A program made the position numbers and the translations under genes. Under the pieces are notes generated by a model, which saw nothing but the letters and a program-made list of their open reading frames with translations, was not told the DNA's origin and did no database searches. A DNA stretch of 63,419 nt, filler included, from Octopus bimaculoides (Eukaryota), in the NCBI RefSeq assembly GCF_001194135.2. It is 7 parts of 6 records of this genome, joined end to end, with 100 filler letters (N's around TTAATTAATTAA, not from the genome) between each part and the next. Parts side by side here need not be neighbours in the genome. Positions count along the whole stretch, not along the records: positions 1 to 27,386 come from NC_068999.1; positions 27,487 to 41,243 come from NC_069008.1; 5 more parts are not named here. The stretch is one strand, 5' to 3'. Below, in pieces: positions 15,195 through 28,568 of the stretch (position 1 is its first letter; each line of letters starts with the position of its first letter).

Positions 15195-15422
15195 TAGCTG
15201 GTAGAATCGTTAGCACGCCGGGCGAAATGCTTAGCGGTATTTCGTCTGCCGTTACGTTCTGAGTTCAAAATTCCGCCGAGGTCGACTTTGCCTTTCATCC
15301 TTTCGGGGTCGATAAATTAAGTACCAGTTACGCACTGGGGTCGATGTAATCGACTTAATCCGTTCGTCTGTTCTTGTTTGTTCCCTCTATGTTTAGCCCC
15401 TTGTGGGCAATAACGAAATAGG
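15195..15422 (+). mobile_element. SINE-B copy, alternative tail variant
   Basis: Well-preserved body; tail ttaatcc..tgtttagccccttgtgggcaataacgaaata. Confidence 0.85.
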
Positions 15423-15840
15423 TATACATAGTTAGGTATCTAAGAGAGAATCAATGTCATTGGACGCTGAAGCCTCTTTCCGGTACACAGGTACCGTGTT
15501 ATCGAGATATAAAAGAAAAACAGCAATTGACAGGGGTACTCTTCAATATGTCGTATTATAGCGGCTTAAAGAGTACAGTCGTCTGAGGATTGGTAGTGTT
15601 TAGCGAGACGCTAGCCAAAGAGAGAAAAAGTGTACAAGCCGAACAAGATAAAACAAGATACAAGGGACACGAGCTAACACGCATGAGGCTTTACTGGCCT
15701 AGGATGATGCCACAGTAATCGCACCTGACATCACGATAGTGAAGGTTCTTAGACCCTTTCTAATAGAATACGAAGCAATAGCTGGAGCAAAAATAAATGC
15801 GGACGCGTCGAGGGACATGCCGCATTTGAGCACTGTGTTG

Positions 15841-16040
15841 CACTGAAGAATCGTCAGCACGCCGAGCAAAATGCTTCAGGGTATTTCGCCCATCACTCCG
15901 TTCTGAGTTGAAAATCCGCCGAAGTCGAGTTTGCCTTTCAACCTTTTGGGCTGATAAATTAAGTAGCATTTGCGTACTAGCGTCAATCTAATCGACTGAC
16001 CCTCCCCCACAATTTCAAGCCATGTGCCTATAGTAGAGAT
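15841..16040 (+). mobile_element. SINE-B copy
   Basis: Same body, standard tail. Confidence 0.8.
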
Positions 16041-19000
16041 GGATATGTATTTATCATCTCCAGGTGAGTACATATTCATGTATGAGTACATATTCATGTA
16101 TGTATATATTCATGTGAGTGGTTGTGTATGCATGTGTAAGTGTATATGTTAATTTGTGCGAATAAGCATATGATCACATATGTATACAAGTGTGTAAAAA
16201 GGTGTTTATATGGTTATATGTATGTGAATATGTAGGTGGTATGTTCATGTGTGTGTCTGTCTATGTGTGAATGCCTGCTAAAGATGTATGTATGCCGGTT
16301 TGTATATGTAACCGTAATAATGCAATGCTATCACTGGACGTCTTAAAAGCGACCTAATCTTCGTTTTAGTTAGTTTTCCAAATAAAGAAGTCACATGCAA
16401 AACTGAAATCCCCTAAAGGTTAGTGATTAATCATTCAGTCTCTTAACTATCAAAGAGAAAACAAGAATCATTGCTAGCACTTCCAGAACAAGACAAGGAC
16501 ACAGTGGATTAGCAGATTTAGTAGAGCGATGAAGAAAACGTGTCAATATATTTTACGTTCATTTTATGTTCGGAATTAAAAAACCACTGAGAACAATTTT
16601 GGTTTTGTTGGAGCGTCAATAAAAGCAATTAACAATTAATCACTGAAGTTCTCTTACATAGAGTGTTCGATTTTTCAATTCTGTGCCTTTTGTGCAATTT
16701 TGAAATTATTGCCTTGAATTACACTGCTTAACAAGATTTTTGTATTTGTGTAGTAACTGCTCTTTCCTATTTGCTTACCCCTAGTAAGTATGAAAAATGG
16801 CTAGTTTTGACTTCGAATTTTAGTTTGGTTACATTTATTAAACCACAAAGAATCCCTCTCAATATATGGCTATGATGCTCCCCAACTACTCCTGCTCATG
16901 ATCAGAAATGCACTTATTTTCAGTAGTGAAGCAACTGACAAGTAAAATCTTGTATTCAGCGGAATATTTGCTATAACGATATTTCTGCTTCAACAAGTCA
17001 ACGCTGATTCTGATTGAAATGTAATAGAAAATAGGCCAGTTTCAAAATATTGATATTCAGGTCACAGAAAGAAGGTTTGAAGCAAACAGTAGTCATTAAA
17101 ACAAGATGCAAGAAAAAACTCAATGCAAGAAAAAACCCCAAAGTTTAACTTATTTGCGATACGATGGGGAAAGTCCCAATAATGCAACATTAAGGTACTA
17201 CATCTAATGATATTTAACCAAGTCTGATTGGGATTCGAAGTATCAAACACAAATCAATATATCAAGTTCTAAGGTTGAGGTAACCAACTATTATCCCGGC
17301 CACCGTAAATTGAAAGAGAACTTGTGCGTTTGTCAAAAACCAAAATAATACTTATTGGTAACAAATCCCAAAATACAGACAATACCATACATTCTTCATT
17401 TTGTGGATAAATTTCGTTAAAAGTATGCTGAAAGTCTTTAGTTTAATTCGCGTATTTTGACTTATTCACATTATTTTGGCTTTAGTTTCACTGCAAAAGG
17501 TTACTTTTGCGAAAGTATTTACGAATTTAACTAATTAATCTAAACGGATTATTTTATTAATCTGTAATTTATCCAGTGTATGTAGCATGCCTTCGAGGTA
17601 TAGAATTGCTAGATGTTTTTCTTGGAATATAGAAAAATATGAGAAATATTTACATAGAACTTATATATTTCTCTTTGGAATGTTGTGTTTCTCAGCAACA
17701 ATCTTTGTTTTACTGCTGCTTTACCAGAAGTAGTTTATTTATGATGCCAGTTTACTAGTTTTTAATCACTGCTATAAACTCAGTATGTCCACCATAATTC
17801 ATTGCAAATAGATTTTGTTATATTTGGTTTAAATAATAAATCGTCACTCAACTACAAATTATTTTATACTTCCCCTAGGCAATTTTGCTTTCAAAACACA
17901 GTAGTGATCGCCAACATTCTACCACTAATTATAATGACGGAGTAGGACATAAAATTTCTCTACGGGCGTCAATATCATACACACCGTGTACGATCCACAA
18001 TGGCTTAGGGTTGATGGCTTAACGTATTTGATACGGTTCTCTAATAATACCACACTTTCCAAATACCCCGCTTACCTTTTCTTTAGCATTTGCTTCTTTG
18101 CGGCTCTAGAGAAGATATCTTTGGGTGGAAATGTCCAATATTTCAGCCAATCAATCGATTGCCATGAACCCACCCAGACGCATACCTGAAACAGCTGTAA
18201 GGCCATAATAGATAAATCAATGTAGGTAAATCGTTATTTCTGTCTACTATTTTATATGCAAATATTTAGAGTTATGTATGTCTGTAACTCCCTCTATATC
18301 TATCTATATATATATATATATATACGCATAATATATATATANNNNNNNNNNNNNNNNNNNNNNNNNNNNNNNNNNNNNNNNNNNNNNNNNNNNNNNNNNN
18401 NNNNNNNNNNNNNNNNNNNNNNNNNNNNNNNNNNNNNNNNNNNNNNNNNNNNNNNNNNNNNNNNNNNNNNNNNNNNNNNNNNNNNNNNNNNNNNNNNNNN
18501 NNNNNNNNNNNNNNNNNNNNNNNNNNNNNNNNNNNNNNNNNNNNNNNNNNNNNNNNNNNNNNNNNNNNNNNNNNNNNNNNNNNNNNNNNNNNNNNNNNNN
18601 NNNNNNNNNNNNNNNNNNNNNNNNNNNNNNNNNNNNNNNNNNNNNNNNNNNNNNNNNNNNNNNNNNNNNNNNNNNNNNNNNNNNNNNNNNNNNNNNNNNN
18701 NNNNNNNNNNNNNNNNNNNNNNNNNNNNNNNNNNNNNNNNNNNNNNNNNNNNNNNNNNNNNNNNNNNNNNNNNNNNNNNNNNNNNNNNNNNNNNNNNNNN
18801 NNNNNNNNNNNNNNNNNNNNNNNNNNNNNNNNNNNNNNNNNNNNNNNNNNNNNNNNNNNNNNNNNNNNNNNNNNNNNNNNNNNNNNNNNNNNNNNNNNNN
18901 NNNNNNNNNNNNNNNNNNNNNNNNNNNNNNNNNNNNNNNNNNNNNNNNNNNNNNNNNNNNNNNNNNNNNNNNNNNNNNNNNNNNNNNNNNNNNNNNNNNN

Positions 19001-19841
19001 NNNNNNNNNNNNNNNNNNNNNNNNNNNNNNNNNNNNNNNNNNNNNNNNNNNNNNNNNNNNNNNNNNNNNNNNNNNNNNNNNNNNNNNNNNNNNNNNNNNN
19101 NNNNNNNNNNNNNNNNNNNNNNNNNNNNNNNNNNNNNNNNNNNNNNNNNNNNNNNAGTTACGCATACCAACATTTCTAGATATTTAAGAATTCGTTTTAG
19201 TAATCCAAAACTTGTGAACAAATATCCCCACATCAGCCACAAATATAGTAGTCAGAGAACAAGAAAGGCGATGACAGCAAGATGAATGACAACAACAGTA
19301 GTAAAATCAGAGATAACAGCCTCAACAACGACGACTTCAACATCAAAAGTTAAATCAGGAAGAAAAAAAAAAACCCACACACACAACACACAGCCAAACC
19401 GTTAACAGTAGCAACAACAATAAGGATAAAGAAGGAAAAAAAAGATGATCAGTAAAACGAAAGACAAGACTACAAATTGAACAAAAAACTGCAATAGTAA
19501 AAATCCTAAAGCAACAACCGCAAGAGGATGAATTACCACAAAGGAATGTCAGTAGCAAAAATCAGAGAACACCTACGCGACATCGCCATCATGATGAACA
19601 ACAACAACAACAATTGCAATATAACAAAACAACAAGTGTTAGAACAACAGCGACAACAACAACGACAACAGCAATAACAATAACTCTAAGAACATCAGTA
19701 ATAGTAATAACAATAGCAGAAATCATAAAACACCTATACCACATCAAGAAGATCAATAAGAACAACAATAAGAACAACAATAACATGCACGATAACAATA
19801 TAGAAAATCATAGTAAATAAACGACAGGAAGGATATAGCGA

Positions 19842-19842
<1 letters not shown>

Positions 19843-19917
<75 letters not shown>
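19843..19917. repeat. (AAT)n microsatellite; another long tract at 38765-38853
   Basis: Direct reading. Confidence 0.95.
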
Positions 19918-20471
19918 TAATAAAAAAAAAACGTATATAAAGAATACTATATATGTGAAAATCACTCTCAGTGTGAAAGTTCATGTGGAGACTTTTTCGC
20001 TAGAATTCGTGTTAAGCCATTGTTTATCCATATTAGATATTCAGCCCAAAGCAGCTCTTTTAGTGTAGGTCAAATGTGCATTGGAAATTGCTAGAAGTCA
20101 GCACGTAAAGTTGACAGGAAATGATTTTGTACCGGCAGACAATCTAATAGAATCTAGCAGGAAGATGTGAAGATAATATACATTCCTTCTCAAAGAAAAT
20201 TTCTGTTTTGATGTTTTCTATTTAATAAAGAATTGGTATTCATGCATACTTTACGACTATTGTTTTTATTATTATAGCTTTTAATACCATTATTTTGTTT
20301 GCGTATATGTGTATGTATGTATGTATATATGTATGTATGTATGTATGTATATATATATATATGCATATATGTGTGTGTGTGTGTGCGCGCGCGCATATAA
20401 GTATATGCAAGTATGTAGACATATATATAATTCTATATAAGTATATAAAAGTAAACATACCAATATATATA

Positions 20472-20597
<126 letters not shown>

Positions 20598-20849
20598 TGT
20601 GTGTATATATATATACACAGCGTTGTTCTTATACGGGTGTTCTTATATTGTGCTTTGCTGTTTTAGTTTATCGTGGCATCCCCCACGCATACCAATTTCC
20701 TTTAAATATATTATCCTTTTTCACATGTGGCAATTTCGGTCTTCTTCTTTTGGCATGAATGTGTTATGCTATGCCTTTGTTTTTTGTGTTACGTTACGTT
20801 TTCTTTTAATATTTCGTTCCAGTATATTTTTGAATATATTAATATTCAC

Positions 20850-20916
<67 letters not shown>

Positions 20917-21891
20917 CCTCGTCAACTTTTTCAAGTACCACTTGAAAAGGAGGATGAGGATAGAGAGGAAAGTGTTGTCGAATGAAAGTTTCAATAAAAA
21001 ATGGGTAAATGTGGCAAGAATGGTAAGAATGAAAGACGACACCATTTTAAGCATAGACTTGTAACAAAAAGAGACAAAAAGAGAGAAGGTACTTACTTTC
21101 ATGTACCTTTAANNNNNNNNNNNNNNNNNNNNNNNNNNNNNNNNNNNNNNNNNNNNNNNNNNNNNNNNNNNNNNNNNNNNNNNNNNNNNNNNNNNNNNNN
21201 NNNNNNNNNNNNNNNNNNNNNNNNNNNNNNNNNNNNNNNNNNNNNNNNNNNNNNNNNNNNNNNNNNNNNNNNNNNNNNNNNNNNNNNNNNNNNNNNNNNN
21301 NNNNNNNNNNNNNNNNNNNNNNNNNNNNNNNNNNNNNNNNNNNNNNNNNNNNNNNNNNNNNNNNNNNNNNNNNNNNNNNNNNNNNNNNNNNNNNNNNNNN
21401 NNNNNNNNNNNNNNNNNNNNNNNNNNNNNNNNNNNNNNNNNNNNNNNNNNNNNNNNNNNNNNNNNNNNNNNNNNNNNNNNNNNNNNNNNNNNNNNNNNNN
21501 NNNNNNNNNNNNNNNNNNNNNNNNNNNNNNNNNNNNNNNNNNNNNNNNNNNNNNNNNNNNNNNNNNNNNNNNNNNNNNNNNNNNNNNNNNNNNNNNNNNN
21601 NNNNNNNNNNNNNNNNNNNNNNNNNNNNNNNNNNNNNNNNNNNNNNNNNNNNNNNNNNNNNNNNNNNNNNNNNNNNNNNNNNNNNNNNNNNNNNNNNNNN
21701 NNNNNNNNNNNNNNNNNNNNNNNNNNNNNNNNNNNNNNNNNNNNNNNNNNNNNNNNNNNNNNNNNNNNNNNNNNNNNNNNNNNNNNNNNNNNNNNNNNNN
21801 NNNNNNNNNNNNNNNNNNNNNNNNNNNNNNNNNNNNNNNNNNNNNNNNNNNNNNNNNNNNNNNNNNNNNNNNNNNNNNNNNNNNNNNNNNN

Positions 21892-21959
<68 letters not shown>

Positions 21960-22676
21960 TAGGTATAGGTATGTGTGCGGTTGTGTATGTATGTCCATAT
22001 ATCCATGTTCAGATGGTTTTCAATATAGAATATATAATAATAGCAAACGCAAAACTGAATTTTCAACAGTTGTTTACTCCGAGTTTCGCTTTGGCGCTTT
22101 TCAAAATATCATTTCACTTTCAACTGAATATACCATTAATCATTCTATGGAAGTGATGCCAATAAAAAAATACCTGGCACTAACAAATATAATATATAAA
22201 CAAATAAGCTAGTAAATGCATGTGACTGTTGAGTGAGACGCTTGTGTGTGGTGGAGTGATGTCAAGTCTTATGCGTGTTTAAAATGGCTGTAATAATGAA
22301 AGATAGTATAAGTGGAGAGAGAGACATTATTTTATAGGAATTATTTGATACATAGACCGAGAAAGGTGAAGAAAAGAAAAATAAAGGATGGAAGAAGTAA
22401 GGAAAATTGGACAAATGAAAAGTAAGAAGACAAAAAAAAGAAAACGTAGGAGAGTTGCGAAGTTGAAGTTGCGAAGTATAGAAGACAGTAGAAAAAATGG
22501 TAAAAAAAAAATCTTCATATGAGTATGCAAGTTTGCACGGACGTACGTAAATATGTTCCTCCCTCCGTCTCTCTTTCTATCTATCTATCTATCTATGCAT
22601 CTATCTATCTATCTATCTATCTCTCTATCTATCTATCTATCTTTTTTTCTTTCTTTCTTTCTTTCTTTCTCTCACC

Positions 22677-22732
<56 letters not shown>

Positions 22733-22894
22733 AAATCTATCTGTCTATCTATCTGTCCATGTATCTATCTGTTTATCTCTATCTCTCCTATCTATCTATA
22801 TATTATATATCTATATATGTAGACGCACACACACACGCACACACACATATATATATTTATATATATACACATGCGTACATATATACATACACAG

Positions 22895-22945
<51 letters not shown>

Positions 22946-23426
22946 CACCCATTGGTACATTTATATATTTCTATACATACACGTATATACATACATGTAT
23001 ATACATATATATTTATATATACACACATACACACACACACATATATATCCGTGTTAGGATTCCTAAATCTTCTATCAATTTCTTATGCTTTCTTACTCTA
23101 AATTATTCGTTTCTGTTTTACTTCCCTCTTTGCTTCTATTTTCTACTCATTCTTGATTCTAGATTCTTCATTCTTCATTCACTCCAGCCTCTCTAGCATT
23201 ATTCCTCACACTCAGTTTTTCATATTCTTTTCATCTGTATTTTTCTCAGTCATTCCTAAATCACTACGCCCTCTCTATGCAAGCTATTACTTTGGTGAAC
23301 TGTCACATGCATCCACACATTTATTTTTCTACGTATATACTTTGTTGTTTTATAAAATATTATGAATTGTATTTGAATATAGCCAAAAAAAAAATTCACT
23401 ATTTTAAAGTTCTATTAGTGTCATAA

Positions 23427-23489
<63 letters not shown>

Positions 23490-23612
23490 TTATTAATATT
23501 TCTTACTTTTGATATCCATTTATCATTAAAACGATTCTACATTAATAATAATGGATTACTCTAAATTTTTCTTTAGAGCAAATGTATTATTCTTCTACAA
23601 AAACGTTGTTGA

Positions 23613-23689
23613 TAGGAACTTCAAAGTTTCGGCCAGTTAAGCCATCGTCAGAGCGCCTGGTAATGGCATAACTGGTCAAAATTCCGAAG
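23613..23689 (-). ncRNA. Hammerhead motif (minus, 23613-23655) with an inverted degenerate second copy (plus, 23657-23689); Penelope-like pLTR remnant
   Basis: Minus: CUGACGA-U-GGC(uuaacug)GCC-GAAACUU(ug)AAGU-U-CCUA. Plus: ctggtaatggcataactggtcaaaattccgaag. Confidence 0.55.
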
Positions 23690-24014
23690 ACACTCTCAAC
23701 AACATTTTAGTATAAAAATAATGCACACACACACACACATTCCCNNNNNNNNNNNNNNNNNNNNNNNNNNNNNNNNNNNNNNNNNNNNNNNNNNNNNNNN
23801 NNNNNNNNNNNNNNNNNNNNNNNNNNNNNNNNNNNNNNNNNNNNNNNNNNNNNNNNNNNNNNNNNNNNNNNNNNNNNNNNNNNNNNNNNNNNNNNNNNNN
23901 NNNNNNNNNNNNNNNNNNNNNNNNNNNNNNNNNNNNNNNNNNNNNNNNNNNNNNNNNNNNNNNNNNNNNNNNNNNNNNNNNNNNNNNNNNNNNNNNNNNN
24001 NNNNNNNNNNNNNN

Positions 24015-24066
<52 letters not shown>

Positions 24067-24681
24067 GCATATATACATTTGCAGTACACCTTTACTTAAT
24101 ATTCTGCTGAACTAATTGTGTAACTCAAAGGCCAAGTGTTTTGTGTTTTCGCAATTATGAAGCTGGTTTTATAGCAATGTGTTATATATTTACATTCAGT
24201 TGATAACTGTATTCCGTTACCCTGTTCTGGAACAAATTATTAATTCATTCTAAACTTCTCGTATACTCGCCACTAAAATTTGCATATGTATTATAGACAA
24301 AACCAATCCACCACTTCAATATTTGACTTTCGGTCTTGGCATATAATTCCTCATATAATATTCTACAACGATTTGATATGTTTTTTGCATTACGATATAG
24401 ACACACCAAAACTGTAACTTCCTTCTGCGAGACAATCTATCTGACAAGGAGGATATACTTTATTCTTATACCCTAATTAATTATTTAAGTTTACTTCAGC
24501 CCTAGTTTCGTGTATATATTTATTTTATTACTGCATCCTCATTCATTTATTTATATAATTATTTATGCTCTTTTCAAGAATATGGTACTTTCTGGTTATC
24601 TCACCCCCACTAAAAATATGGGTTATCTCCCCTAACTAACAATTGTTTAACACTCAATAAAAAGAAGGAAAAGGAAAAGAA

Positions 24682-24831
24682 GGAATGGGTCTGTGGTAAG
24701 TAGCTTGCTTACCAACCACATGGTTCTGGGTTCAATCCCACTGCGTGGTATCTTGAGCAAGTGTCTTCTACTATAACCTTGTCAGTGGATTTGGTAGACG
24801 GAAACTGAAAGAAGCACGTCATATATATATG

Positions 24832-24868
<37 letters not shown>

Positions 24869-25031
24869 GTGTTTGTGTGTGTGTTCGTGTGTGGGTGTGT
24901 GTGTGTATGTGTGCGTGCGTGCGTGTGTGTGTGTGCGTGTGTGTTTATATGTCTTTGTTTGTCCCTCCAACATCGCTTGACAACCGATGGTGGTGTGTTT
25001 ACGACCCCTTAACTTAGCGGTTCAGCAAAAT
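24682..25031 (+). mobile_element. SINE-A, 3'-truncated, internal (GT)n
   Basis: Head, core and post-microsatellite motifs match 40146-40580. Confidence 0.8.
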
Positions 25032-25600
25032 AATTTCTTCAGAGACATTATTTATAAAGCTAGAAAAAACCCCACGAAATTCAGTAAAGTGAATTCTACC
25101 CTTCGATACGTAATTCCAAGCAGCTTTGGACTTCCAGTATGTACAGTGAGATGGTGGAATTTGGCGTCGGGATATTCACTTCGCACTTATGGAAGCGTTG
25201 ATATATGAAATATAATAGGCCTGTATATATTACATCTGCATAAAGAAGCAGTCGCTAATACCAACATCGGCTTGCACTGAGACGACGGATTAGCATGCTC
25301 ACAATACTTGAGCTTATCTCACTTGATACATTTAGAAACGTCCCAATTTATTCCAACAATCTAAGATTTATAGAGAAGACATTAACTTACCTGATAGAAA
25401 CTTCTTTAATAATTCATCACGCAAGGAAATAATTTGGTACAGGCTCTTTGAAGAATAGTCTCATAAACCAGTCATTCTAATAAATCTATTGTTTATAAAG
25501 ATCGATATGCTCCGAGCCAAACCGAACGTGTGGATGAAGGTCAATTCTAAAATAGTTAATATGAATACGCATGTGCGCGCGCACACACATATATATATAC

Positions 25601-25657
<57 letters not shown>

Positions 25658-26435
25658 AATATAGATATCTAAAACATTCACACGCAAACACACGAACATA
25701 TGTATGCATCCGAGTATATATATATATATATATATATGAATGTATGCATACGTGTATACGAATGCTCATTTTACCGTTGTATTTGTATACGAAATATCTG
25801 AGCATTTCACAGAGAATTGCGGCTTTAATATTACCCGTACCAAAAATCAACGCGAATATTGCAACAAGGTTACAAATTTTATATAGAGGCACATGACAAG
25901 TTCGTAACAGTTTTCCTTCACTTATTCTCATTCACAAGTCTCGGGTTGACCGCTTGGTTATTGCATAAACTATTTGATAAATATATATTGCAGTGATTCT
26001 AAGGCAGCGCATTTGTTTGCGGCGCCATTTAAATACGCAGAAACTCCTCACTCGCAGGCGTTTACAAACAGACGTACATGCGTGGGTATATATTCCCATT
26101 TCATTTCCCTTATTTCGAAATATCCATTCTGGGCACATAAAGAATCCATTAAATTGAATTCGACTGGCATAGATTCTGCGTTATGGCTCCTCATATATTT
26201 ACACAATCTCTCAATAAAAACCTTTATTCTCCTTTTTAAACGTGGACGGTCGTAAAATCTCGGTGTTGATCTTAGTATTATGTTTGATCAATTATTAATG
26301 CAACCAAAAATCTTTCTTCCTACACGAATTAAGCATACAACCACACGATATTTAACCATACTGATAATCATAATCTAAATATTGTACATGATTCAGAATA
26401 CTCATTTAAAATTCCACATTCAGTGAGGGGATCTA

Positions 26436-26919
26436 CCGTAAATCCTCGAGTATAATCCGCATTTTTCCCCAAAATTTTGAAGGCCAAAATCCCTAGGGTG
26501 TACTATGTACGAGGTTAAAAACGAAAAATATTTTCTAAGCAATGTCCGAGTCTCTATTTGCTGTCCGGCAATATTTATTCAGAGGCATTTTGTGATGTCG
26601 GACTTATAACTGATATTGATAAATATGTAAAGGCAATTTATCTAATATTTATTTTTCCCTGATTTTATTACTGTTATTTCTATATTTTCTGCCAACAAAG
26701 TGCACAAAAAGCTACACGTTTGCATTATGTTATATATACAATAATAAAGGACGTCACCGTATATATGTTTACAAACCAAGGACGTTATATAGACCTCCTT
26801 CACTCAAGTTAGAGAAGGGTTGCGTATTATAAACAAGGTTTAGGTTTTTCAGAGGTACATACCCCTAAAAATCCTCTACGTATTATACTCAGGGGCGGAC
26901 TATACTCGAGGATTTACGG
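26436..26919. mobile_element. Tc1/mariner (pogo/Tigger-like) MITE, 484 bp
   Basis: TIRs CCGTAAATCCTCGAGTATA(A/G)TCCGC, 25 bp with 1 mismatch; TA on both sides (26434-35, 26920-21); no ORF inside. Confidence 0.85.
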
Positions 26920-27353
26920 TATATGTAAATATATGCATATATACCAACAGATATGTGGCTTTGTGCAAGCAGATGCGGTTCGATTATGCAACCTGATTTC
27001 TTACTGGCTTAGTGTGTGCAAAATCAGTTACAAAGTTTGCACTTGAACTAGTTACCACCCTCCACGACTCATTAAGGATTAAATTATCACTTTGGTTTAA
27101 AAGATCATCTTAAAACCGTCTGAAACATCTGTTGATGCTAGTATTAGGGCAGTAATTCAGCAGAGATTATGAAGCTGATTGGCGTCTATGCACACCAAAA
27201 AACAATAGAAGAGTAATTTTCGATCACCAGATGTGCCTTCTATCTCAACGACGGTCCTAAAAATACTGGTGCTTTTAAGCCTGCCATAGAAATAATTGGG
27301 GCGGATATTCAATATTTCTTCAGATACTTTGGCGCTTAAATCACCGTAGACTT

Positions 27354-27386
<33 letters not shown>

Positions 27387-27486
27387 NNNNNNNNNNNNNN
27401 NNNNNNNNNNNNNNNNNNNNNNNNNNNNNNTTAATTAATTAANNNNNNNNNNNNNNNNNNNNNNNNNNNNNNNNNNNNNNNNNNNN
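27387..27486. other. Assembly gap pad N44-TTAATTAATTAA-N44; same 12-mer at 41288, 49946, 57389, 60502, 61756
   Basis: Identical 12-mer centred in 100-nt N blocks six times. Confidence 0.95.
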
Positions 27487-27886
27487 AGTTTTAGTTCCTC
27501 GTGCCCCCTCTTATCCCAACAACCACCACCACCACCACCACCGCCACTACAGCGCATAGCTACATGCCGTGAGCCTCCGCATCTTACCCCTTCTCCCTCC
27601 CTCCCGTTCTCTTCGCCATTATTTGCCGAAACAAAACCACAGCCTGACTTTGATATGTTGAAGGTAACGAGATGGCGTGGCGGTGAACTAACAGACGTGT
27701 ATTCTTCTGGCAGGGCGATGTATTTAGGTTTTTAAATGCTTTAATGAGAGTAATTAAATCGTGTTGGGAACGTAGCCACGTGCATGGGTTTCTGTGCGTC
27801 TGTGCGTCTGTGTGTGTATGTGTGTGTGTGAGAGAGAGAGACAGAGAGACAGAGAGGAGGTGCATACCTCTCACGTTTTTGTTCAG

Positions 27887-28112
27887 TTCTTACTTGTTCC
27901 AGTCATTGGACTGTGGCCATGCTGGGGCACCACCTCGAATGGGTTTTGAGTCGAACAAATAGTCGACCCACGTATACTTACTTTCTATTTTTTTTTTAAG
28001 CCTGATACTTTGTCTATCGGTCTCTTTCCTACTGAACTGCCAAGTTACTGGGATGTAAACCAACCGACACTGGATGTCAAGTAGTGGTGGTCTGGGACAA
28101 ACAGAAACATAG

Positions 28113-28146
<34 letters not shown>

Positions 28147-28261
28147 ACACACACACATAGATATATATATATGACAGGCTTCTTTCAGTTTCCGTCTACC
28201 AAATCCACTCACGTGTCTTTGATTGGTCGGTCTGAAGCTATAACAGATGACATTTATCGGC
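27887..28261 (-). mobile_element. SINE-A, head lost in gap, internal (CA)n
   Basis: Reverse-complement match to SINE-A. Confidence 0.8.
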
Positions 28262-28568
28262 NNNNNNNNNNNNNNNNNNNNNNNNNNNNNNNNNNNNNNN
28301 NNNNNNNNNNNNNNNNNNNNNNNNNNNNNNNNNNNNNNNNNNNNNNNNNNNNNNNNNNNNNNNNNNNNNNNNNNNNNNNNNNNNNNNNNNNNNNNNNNNN
28401 NNNNNNNNNNNNNNNNNNNNNNNNNNNNNNNNNNNNNNNNNNNNNNNNNNNNNNNNNNNNNNNNNNNNNNNNNNNNNNNNNNNNNNNNNNNNNNNNNNNN
28501 NNNNNNNNNNNNNNNNNNNNNNNNNNNNNNNNNNNNNNNNNNNNNNNNNNNNNNNNNNNNNNNNNNNN

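Noticed and set aside
18256-19179. Long ORFs spanning N runs (also 21001-22212, 55452-56334 and similar)
   Set aside because: Length comes from X residues; flanks are microsatellite translations.
27431-27442. Recurrent palindrome TTAATTAATTAA (six copies) as a regulatory or recombination motif
   Set aside because: Always centred in N44+12+N44 blocks; an assembly gap pad, not biology.
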